From Candidatus Levybacteria bacterium CG2_30_37_29 (lineage in GTDB: Bacteria; Patescibacteriota; Microgenomatia; Levybacterales; GWA1-39-11), in the NCBI GenBank assembly GCA_001873215.1, contig MNYS01000008.1:2657-66656 (forward strand): a stretch of 64,000 nucleotides of DNA, written 5' to 3'. Of this stretch, positions 57,325 through 64,000 are shown one piece after another. Position 1 is the first letter of the stretch, and each line of letters starts with the position of its first letter. The notes under the pieces were generated by a model. That model saw only the letters and a list, made by a program, of their open reading frames with translations. It searched no databases and had not been told where the DNA came from. A program made the translations under genes and the position numbers.

Positions 57325-57876
57325 CTATGGGTTGTAGTTTCTTAGAGAAGTAGACGATTTAAATGTTGCCTGAGATTTTGTTTCAAATAAACCGCCTGCC
57401 GCATTTTTATCCGAAAGCGTAAAACTATATTCAACAGTTGGCACAGAGTAAGGATCGCTTTCTGATTGAATACATTTGAAATAACATGTCGAGGAATCAT
57501 TTTCAACCTGAGACTTATCTATAAGGTCGACAAGGGGCTCTGCCAAAGATCCACTCGAAGAAGCGATAGTACTATTTAAACACGAAAGTGTGGTTACGCC
57601 TCCGTCATATCTTATTAAATCAATTGTTTGCCCGGATGGGCTAGTAGTACAATCAGAGATATCTGTATCATTTATTTTTATAACCGACTCTGATGTAGTA
57701 ATAGTATTTGAAATTACCGATAGTGCATAATTTCCGTTTTGGGCAACTGTTGTTGTAATTCGTGTTTTATTACTTCCACGAAGAGTAGTGTAAACAATTC
57801 CTATAATAATATTTGATATAACTACAAGAATTCCCATAACAGTCACAAGCTCTATCAAAGTATAACCTTTTTTCAT
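57325..57876 (-). CDS. Minor pilin (PilW-like)
   Basis: KKG|YTLIEL. Confidence 0.85.
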   Translation of the reverse strand: MKKGYTLIELVTVMGILVVISNIIIGIVYTTLRGSNKTRITTTVAQNGNYALSVISNTITTSESVIKINDTDISDCTTSPSGQTIDLIRYDGGVTTLSCLNSTIASSSGSLAEPLVDLIDKSQVENDSSTCYFKCIQSESDPYSVPTVEYSFTLSDKNAAGGLFETKSQATFKSSTSLRNYNP

Positions 57877-57878
57877 TG

Positions 57879-58382
57879 TTATAATGAACCACCGCTTTTT
57901 GATGGATCTGCAAAACAAGACACAAGAATACTTGTATGACAATAAATATTTGCAGCTCCGCATTTTGTGTCTCTCCAGGAAACTTTTACAGTTACTTCTG
58001 TTTGAGAAAGCTGGGTTTCTGTGGGCGAGGGACAATTAAATGTATTTTTAGAGAAATCTACTTCTCTTATAAATTCTCCCTTTATATTTGGAGTGAGGCA
58101 CAGTAGGGTAAAGGGGTCATCCTTGTTCAGGTCAGTCACCTCATCCAGGCAATATGCTCCGTTTTTTGATTGAAATGATGAGAGATTATTGTTTCTAAGA
58201 TATCGGACATATTCCATTCCGTCCTGCGCGTATTTTGCGGCTGTACTTTGCGCTTTAATAAAAGAAGAGTTACTTATGCTTATCGTAACCAGTATTGAAA
58301 TAGACGCAAGAGTAATAAGTATTGCGCCTAAAGCTATTACAATTTCAATTAAGGTTTGACCTGAATTTGAAAATTTTTTCAT
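57879..58382 (-). CDS. Minor pilin (PilV-like)
   Basis: SG|QTLIEIVIA, A..YAQDGMEYVR, V.V.VSW. Confidence 0.85.
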   Translation of the reverse strand: MKKFSNSGQTLIEIVIALGAILITLASISILVTISISNSSFIKAQSTAAKYAQDGMEYVRYLRNNNLSSFQSKNGAYCLDEVTDLNKDDPFTLLCLTPNIKGEFIREVDFSKNTFNCPSPTETQLSQTEVTVKVSWRDTKCGAANIYCHTSILVSCFADPSKSGGSL

Positions 58383-58385
58383 TTC

Positions 58386-58916
58386 TTAATTTATTGCGAC
58401 ATTTCCTCCGCTGTCTAACGAAAGCGTTTGAGTAGCTCCATATCCTTGTAATTTGATCGAGCAGGGTACGCCGGTTATATAATTTGAAAGAGAATCAAAT
58501 TTTATCTCAGTACAGTCTGTATCATTTGTAACAATTGAAACGTTGTCAGGAAGTTTCTTTGAAGAAACTAGTGAATTATCAAGACCTGATCCGCACACAG
58601 CATAAATTTCATAAAAATTAGAAGGAGCATTACTACCCGGACACGTACCTCCGAGAGATTTCGCACATAAAACCACTTTATATCCAACCAGTGAATCTCC
58701 GGAGCAAGATGATGATTGTTTTATACTTGAAAGTGCATTAAATTTTGCAACTTCAATTGTTAATTTAAAATCATATGCTGCTTGCGTAAGTGTTTGTTTT
58801 CTACTGTAAGAAACAAAAGACGCAAGACCAATGCCGGAAACAATTGCTACAAGAGAAAATACAACCATCAACTCAATTAACGAAAAACCGTTCTGGTATT
58901 TCTTTTTCTTAATCAT
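58386..58916 (-). CDS. Minor pilin (FimT/GspH-like)
   Basis: NG|FSLIELMVV. Confidence 0.85.
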   Translation of the reverse strand: MIKKKKYQNGFSLIELMVVFSLVAIVSGIGLASFVSYSRKQTLTQAAYDFKLTIEVAKFNALSSIKQSSSCSGDSLVGYKVVLCAKSLGGTCPGSNAPSNFYEIYAVCGSGLDNSLVSSKKLPDNVSIVTNDTDCTEIKFDSLSNYITGVPCSIKLQGYGATQTLSLDSGGNVAIN

Positions 58917-58922
58917 ACTAAT

Positions 58923-59408
58923 CTAGGGGTTTTCAAGAGTAAAAGAAACGTTTGTTTTGTCCGCACCGGTACAATCCGGCTGTAAATTTGGCGTTCTATT
59001 CTGATTTTTATCCGACTCGGTATCTCCATCGTTTTCCAAACATGCATAAAGAGTATATGTAAAAGTTACATTATCATAACTATATGAATAAGGAACTTTT
59101 GTAAGCGGGTCGCATGGCGTTTTTTTCATATATGTCGTGTTTCCTGTTGCGTCAGTAATTGACAACCCGCAACTGGGTAAAACGTCAGGATATAACCCAC
59201 TATCAGAACGGTAAAGCTCCAAAGCCGACTGAACCTGACGGAGATCAGACTTTCTTTGTGCATCACGTCCACGCTGCCTAACCCCGACAAAGTTTGCCAA
59301 TAGTAAAGACGCAAGAATCGAAATAATTGATATTACAACCAAAAGCTCTATGAGGGTAAACCCTTTACGAATTGAGAATTGAGAATTTAGAATTGAAAGT
59401 TTTTTCAT
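58923..59408 (-). CDS. Pilin (GspG-like)
   Basis: KG|FTLIELLVV, RDAQRKSDL..ALELY...YP. Confidence 0.9.
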   Translation of the reverse strand: MKKLSILNSQFSIRKGFTLIELLVVISIISILASLLLANFVGVRQRGRDAQRKSDLRQVQSALELYRSDSGLYPDVLPSCGLSITDATGNTTYMKKTPCDPLTKVPYSYSYDNVTFTYTLYACLENDGDTESDKNQNRTPNLQPDCTGADKTNVSFTLENP

Positions 59409-59791
59409 AATTTTAAACGTGATTTCTTTATGCTTGATACCAGTATAGCAATAATTTCTTGACATTCGCAATATTCTTTTTCCACCAACTTTGCAGGCAA
59501 TAATGCTGATAATTTAATAACTTCTAACCAATAAAGAGTTTCCTTCGCCTCTCTTAAAGATATTGACAGTTTTTGAATAAAATCTTTAGTAGAGGAAGCA
59601 TCTTGCGCCTCTTCCACGTTAGCACCTACAGCAGTTCCTGATCTTACTGTCTGCGAAGCGATAGCAAAACCGGCTGGGGTTTTGGGAAGCTTATTTGCTA
59701 GCAAAACTATAGTAACAGAAAAATTAAGTAATCTTTTTAAAAACTCTTTTTTCCATTCCATAATTTTCAATTCTCAATTTTCAACTTTCAA
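59369..59791. repeat. Inverted arrays of 7-bp repeats flanking the four-helix-bundle gene
   Basis: (GAATTGA)x4 at 59369-59396 and (TTYTCAA)x4 at 59764-59791. Confidence 0.8.
59405..59761 (-). CDS. Four-helix-bundle protein (23S rRNA IVP/Avd-like family)
   Basis: Q..RSGTAVGANVEEA....S.KDFIQKL.I..REAKET.YWL. Confidence 0.9.
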   Translation of the reverse strand: MEWKKEFLKRLLNFSVTIVLLANKLPKTPAGFAIASQTVRSGTAVGANVEEAQDASSTKDFIQKLSISLREAKETLYWLEVIKLSALLPAKLVEKEYCECQEIIAILVSSIKKSRLKL

Positions 59792-59795
59792 TTAG

Positions 59796-60440
59796 TTACG
59801 GCGATGTGTTAGGACTTGATATGCCGTAATTACAAATAGAGCTTGCGCCTCCACATGTTTCAGTAGGTATACCGTTTGTTGAAAGACTAGCACAAATTCC
59901 TCCGCTACATGCCTGCGTATCTTTTATTCCTCTTTCCAAAGAAGCATAAAGGTAGTAAGTTTGATTGCCTGAAGGCGAATAATAAACATAAGTGCGGCTT
60001 TTTGAAGGGTCTTTAGGCAAAATGTCCATATATGGAGAAAACTGATTACTTCCCCAATCAAGAGCTGTTAATACGCCATTTATTGTAATATTTATCTTAT
60101 AACTATTACTTGCCGGATATTTTCCGTTGTCCTGATAATAGACTTCAAGAGCCCGCGCAATTTGAGCAAGGTCTGATTTTCTTTTTACATCTTGGGCTTT
60201 TTCAAATTGAGCCATAGGATTTAGCGCAGTCAAAACAAAAGTTGCAAGAATCGATATTATTCCAATTGCTACAATAAGCTCAATTAATGTAAACCCTTTT
60301 TTTACATTTTTGTTGTTTAGGAAAAAAACTGGAAGAAGGATATAAGAATTTGATTTCCAAAAAAATAAGCGACAAGCATTGAGGCAATAAGAAACGGACC
60401 AAATGGGATTGTCCCTTTTTTGAATGATTTTTTCTTCCAT
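59796..60440 (-). CDS. Pilin (GspG-like); start uncertain, probably near 60340
   Basis: KKG|FTLIEL, D..RKSDL..ALEVY...YP; the only upstream ATG overlaps pilD by 124 nt. Confidence 0.8.
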   Translation of the reverse strand: MEEKIIQKRDNPIWSVSYCLNACRLFFWKSNSYILLPVFFLNNKNVKKGFTLIELIVAIGIISILATFVLTALNPMAQFEKAQDVKRKSDLAQIARALEVYYQDNGKYPASNSYKINITINGVLTALDWGSNQFSPYMDILPKDPSKSRTYVYYSPSGNQTYYLYASLERGIKDTQACSGGICASLSTNGIPTETCGGASSICNYGISSPNTSP

Positions 60441-61087
60441 ATAACCAGTATGATTGATACAACCGCGCCTGTCAAGAATGCTAAATATAGACCTGCAACA
60501 ATTCTTGGAAAAGACAAGAAAAATCCTATTATAAAAGACAGCTTTACGTCACCAAATCCCATACCTCTTCCTTTTGTAAACAAAAAAAGAAGAAAAAACA
60601 GTGAAAATGCAGCGAAAGCCGACAACAGTTTTAACGATAATTCATTCTGCGCAAAAAGTAATGTGTAGGCGGTAATTGTAACACCCGTTGCAAATAGAAT
60701 CTCATCCGGAATAATTCCGTATTCCAAATCAGTAAAAAAAATTGCGATAGAGGATGAAACGATAATAAGAAGGTAAATAAATGTTTGAAGAGAATATCCG
60801 GCTAATAAAAAATGTAAATAGATTACTGAAAAAAACATTCCTGTTGAAAATTCTACAAAAAAAATGCGAAATGGAATATCTGCCTTGCATTTGTGACACT
60901 TGCCGCGCAAAAAAAGGTAAGAAAAAAGTGGAACCAGCTCAAGAGGCGAAAGTATTTTTTTACAATTTACGCAGTGCGAACGACCTAGAAGAGTATGGTT
61001 TTTTTTCGGAAGCCTATCAATTAATACATTTAAAAAACTTCCTACAATAGATCCTAAAACAAAAAAATAAAGCGTGAACAAAACCAT
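60317..61087 (-). CDS. pilD: Prepilin peptidase
   Basis: GSFLNV.IDRLP, RSHC..C, GKC..C, GMGFGDVKL, IPFGPFL. Confidence 0.94.
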   Translation of the reverse strand: MVLFTLYFFVLGSIVGSFLNVLIDRLPKKNHTLLGRSHCVNCKKILSPLELVPLFSYLFLRGKCHKCKADIPFRIFFVEFSTGMFFSVIYLHFLLAGYSLQTFIYLLIIVSSSIAIFFTDLEYGIIPDEILFATGVTITAYTLLFAQNELSLKLLSAFAAFSLFFLLFLFTKGRGMGFGDVKLSFIIGFFLSFPRIVAGLYLAFLTGAVVSIILVIWKKKSFKKGTIPFGPFLIASMLVAYFFGNQILISFFQFFS

Positions 61088-61159
61088 ATTAATAGTATAT
61101 CAATAAAACTAAATATTTAGATGTGCGCATTTAAAATTAAACACGGAGGAAATCAATTT

Positions 61160-61726
61160 TTATCGAGTACACCAATAGCAGGAGGTTTGATGTGCGTCTT
61201 TTAGTGCTACAGTGCCGCAATTAACAGCATCTTCATCACCATTAATATCAAACTTAGTGTTTGTATTGTGAAGCAGCGATTTTGACTGTGGATTAAAACA
61301 TCCTATTGTTTGATTAGTTAATGTATCTTGAGTTATGAGTACATATTTTAAATTAGCCGCGCTTTTAAATGCCGCTTTAAGCTCATTGTCATTAATGAGC
61401 GCATCAAGGCAGTCTCCCATTGTACTTCCTGCCCCACCTAGCGCACTGGCAGCCGGAGCCGTAGCGAGATTACAGTCCGCCCCTCCATCAGCCTCTGTAT
61501 CCCATGGATAAGCTGTACGAGACGTATAATATCTGGTAACTGAAGTTATGAATTCTGTTAATATGTTAGTGGTTGTAGTATCCTGAGCTTTTTTTAACTG
61601 CTCAAAAGGATCAATCGTTGCGACAAGAGCTGCTGCAAGAATACCAAGAATTCCAATAACAACTAAGAGTTCAATGAGAGTGAAACCTTTTTTAGCATTA
61701 TACTTCAGGGCAGTGAATAATTTCAT
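61160..61726 (-). CDS. Type IV pilin (candidate major pilin)
   Basis: KKG|FTLIELLVVIGILGIL; C-terminal cysteines. Confidence 0.88.
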   Translation of the reverse strand: MKLFTALKYNAKKGFTLIELLVVIGILGILAAALVATIDPFEQLKKAQDTTTTNILTEFITSVTRYYTSRTAYPWDTEADGGADCNLATAPAASALGGAGSTMGDCLDALINDNELKAAFKSAANLKYVLITQDTLTNQTIGCFNPQSKSLLHNTNTKFDINGDEDAVNCGTVALKDAHQTSCYWCTR

Positions 61727-61761
61727 ATCTGTAATTATCAAAACACAAAAAAAATACCTTG

Positions 61762-62451
61762 TCAATAGGTAATTTTACTCATAAATACTTTTAAAAAGGA
61801 GTTTTCTAGAAACAATCTGATATTGATATTGTTTTCAAAGATAAGTGGAAGATTTTTCTCAAGAAGGAATGTAAATTCTACGAGCTTCTTAATATTATTT
61901 GGAGATATGTTCTTTTTTTCAAAAACTCCCTGAATAAGAATTTTCCGCGAGCAAAGTAATATTTTCTCAATTTCTTTATTTTCTTTCTTGGCTGACAGAC
62001 TTTCACAAAACGAAAAAGCTGAATATATCGCGCTATTCATTTTTCCCTGACTAAAAACATTCAATAATCCAGAATCAATTTTCTTATCTTCCTCAAAAAC
62101 TTGCGTACCGCTTTCAAGATGTAGGATTTTTGCCCTTGAAAGGATTGTCGGAATAAATTCTTCTTTTGTTGAGGCAAGAAAAATAATAAAAGTATTATCA
62201 GATAATTCTTCTAAAGTCTTTAGAAGTGCGTTTTGCGCAGCCTGTAAAATTCCTTCTCTTATAAGTATCACTCTTTTTTCGTTTTGACCAATTTTTTTTG
62301 AAATAATTTTTTTTATTTCCCTAGCTTGTTCTATTTTTACAATATCCTGATATTCATATATATAAAACGGTGGAATTTTTTGTGTTTTAAAAAAAAGAGA
62401 AAGAAATTCTTCTTGGCTTGGATGATTACCTATTATTATTTGTGCTTGCAT
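61762..62451 (-). CDS. holB: DNA polymerase III delta' subunit (short)
   Basis: AAQNALLKTLEE, IPTILSR. Confidence 0.78.
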   Translation of the reverse strand: MQAQIIIGNHPSQEEFLSLFFKTQKIPPFYIYEYQDIVKIEQAREIKKIISKKIGQNEKRVILIREGILQAAQNALLKTLEELSDNTFIIFLASTKEEFIPTILSRAKILHLESGTQVFEEDKKIDSGLLNVFSQGKMNSAIYSAFSFCESLSAKKENKEIEKILLCSRKILIQGVFEKKNISPNNIKKLVEFTFLLEKNLPLIFENNINIRLFLENSFLKVFMSKITY

Positions 62452-62488
62452 ATTGACATTATATCATTGTATCCAATACGATTATTAT

Positions 62489-64000
62489 ATGGATGAACAA
62501 AACCAGAATAAAATTGTGGGAAGTTCGACTCCGGCTAATCCTTCTACTCAACCTGTTGGAAAAAGCGTAGCTGACATTCTCGCTGGCGAGCATATATTGA
62601 CTCCGGATCAACTCGTTCAATTAAAAACTCAAGCGGCAAATAACGGAACATCGGTTGACAAGCTTTTGCTTGATACAAAAATAGTAGGAGAAGAAAAATA
62701 CTATGAAGCACGAGCAAAACTTATCGATTATCCTTTTATATCAGTTGCAACTCTTCCATTTTCGCCTGAAGCTCTAAGCTTTGTTCCCAAAGCTGTCGCC
62801 GAAAGATTTAATTTAATTCCATTTGCTTACGACAAAGCGCAAAACACTCTTTCTGTCGCGATGTCCAATCCTCTTGAAATGGATACGGTCGGCTTCATAC
62901 GGCAAAAAACGGGGCTTACGATAAATGTTTTTCAGGGATTACCAAGCGAAATCACACAAGCAGTTCAAAACCAGTACACTTTTGGTCTTGTCGGCGAAGT
63001 AAAAGAAGCACTGAAAGAAACAGAACAAGTAGGCGCTGTTAAAACTTTTGATAAAGACAGCATATCCCAAGTTATTAAGGAAGCCCCAATTGCAAAAATC
63101 GTTTCAACGATTCTTGAATACGCAATAAAAAGCAGAGCATCTGACGTACATATGGAACCGCAAGAAGATAGAGTTAGGGTTAGATATAGAATCGACGGAA
63201 TTCTTTATGAAAGACTTTCTCTGCCGCACGGAGTACAGGAATCTGTCATTTCACGAATAAAGATTCTTTCTGAAATGAAAATAGATGAACATAGAACGCC
63301 ACAAGACGGACGGTTTAATTTTAAATTTGGAGATGAAGAAATAGATTTGCGTGTCAGCGCTCTTCCTACAGTCTTTGGTGAGAAAATTGTAATGCGTCTT
63401 TTAAAAAAATCTGGCGGTATACCGACCCTTCCGGAACTCGGAATCAGAAGTTCGGCTTTAAGAAATCTTGAAGCAAGCATCTTAAAACCTCACGGAATAA
63501 TAATTGTTTGCGGACCTACGGGTTCTGGAAAAACAACAACTCTTTATTCGGTTTTATCAAAATTAAATACAACCCGAGTAAATATTATGACTTTGGAAGA
63601 CCCCGTAGAATACCAAATTATGGGAGCAAATCAGGTTCAGATAAATCCCGATGTGGGACTCACTTTTGCAACCGGGTTGCGCGCTTTCTTGCGCCAGGAT
63701 CCAAACATTATTCTTGTCGGAGAAATCCGGGACAAAGAAACAACAGAGCTTGCAATACAAGCCTCTCTTACCGGTCACTTGGTATTCTCAACACTTCATA
63801 CATCAAGCGCGGCAGGCGCCCTTCCAAGACTAATTGATATGGGAGCCGAAACTTTTCTTTTAGCATCAACCATGAATGCGATTATGGGACAGCGAATTGC
63901 CAGAAAAATTTGTGCCCATTGCAAAACTACATATGTTCCGCCAAAAGAGTTAGTTCTCGAACTTAGAAAAACTCTTGGCTCTCTTATGACTGCAAAGGAT
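62489..64000 (+). CDS. pilB: GspE/PilB family pilus assembly ATPase (runs off the window)
   Basis: ASDVHMEP, RYRIDG, PQDGRF, GPTGSGKTTT, TLEDPVE, LRQDP.IILVGEIRD, TGHLVFSTLHT; absent from the ORF track. Confidence 0.94.
   Translation, partial: MDEQNQNKIVGSSTPANPSTQPVGKSVADILAGEHILTPDQLVQLKTQAANNGTSVDKLLLDTKIVGEEKYYEARAKLIDYPFISVATLPFSPEALSFVPKAVAERFNLIPFAYDKAQNTLSVAMSNPLEMDTVGFIRQKTGLTINVFQGLPSEITQAVQNQYTFGLVGEVKEALKETEQVGAVKTFDKDSISQVIKEAPIAKIVSTILEYAIKSRASDVHMEPQEDRVRVRYRIDGILYERLSLPHGVQESVISRIKILSEMKIDEHRTPQDGRFNFKFGDEEIDLRVSALPTVFGEKIVMRLLKKSGGIPTLPELGIRSSALRNLEASILKPHGIIIVCGPTGSGKTTTLYSVLSKLNTTRVNIMTLEDPVEYQIMGANQVQINPDVGLTFATGLRAFLRQDPNIILVGEIRDKETTELAIQASLTGHLVFSTLHTSSAAGALPRLIDMGAETFLLASTMNAIMGQRIARKICAHCKTTYVPPKELVLELRKTLGSLMTAKD

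Noticed and set aside
59405-59761. Diversity-generating retroelement acting on pilins (Avd-like protein)
   Set aside because: No reverse transcriptase and no TR/VR pair differing at adenines was seen in the window.

Overview
AT-rich bacterial chromosome segment using genetic code 11. Gene content and streamlined proteins (short ThrS, PheT and trigger factor, DUF5660/DUF5665-like genes, a large type IV pilus locus) suggest a Patescibacteria/CPR genome of the Microgenomates type; this is an inference. The window holds housekeeping genes (rarA, obg, murE/F, tig, thrS-infC-rpmI-rplT-pheST, PBP1A, tyrS, recG, rpmF-nusB-rnc, rpsP-khpA-trmD, holB, pil cluster), 11 intact tRNAs and an IS481-family element. 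It also has a decaying redox/metal island next to tRNA-Pro with a serine-recombinase relic, and an AT-rich five-gene nucleotide-sugar/Nudix cassette. The most striking signal is a recurring 'tRNA-inside-a-tRNA' architecture. At Gly(GCC), Leu(CAG) and Val(GAC), and partially at Leu(TAG) and Leu(TAA), an intact tRNA sits inside a loop of a second, sequence-distinct tRNA gene with the same anticodon. The other loops of that outer gene are interrupted by short palindromic hairpins such as CCTGCCTGCCGGCAGGCAGG, and small GIY-YIG nuclease genes lie inside or beside two of these loci. The same hairpin families occur in frame inside RarA, Obg, trigger factor and RplT. Two leader-peptide attenuators with an identical terminator were also found: a Phe/Tyr-rich one before pheST and an Ile/Val/Leu-rich one with no obvious target. 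All calls come from reading the sequence; no database searches were run.
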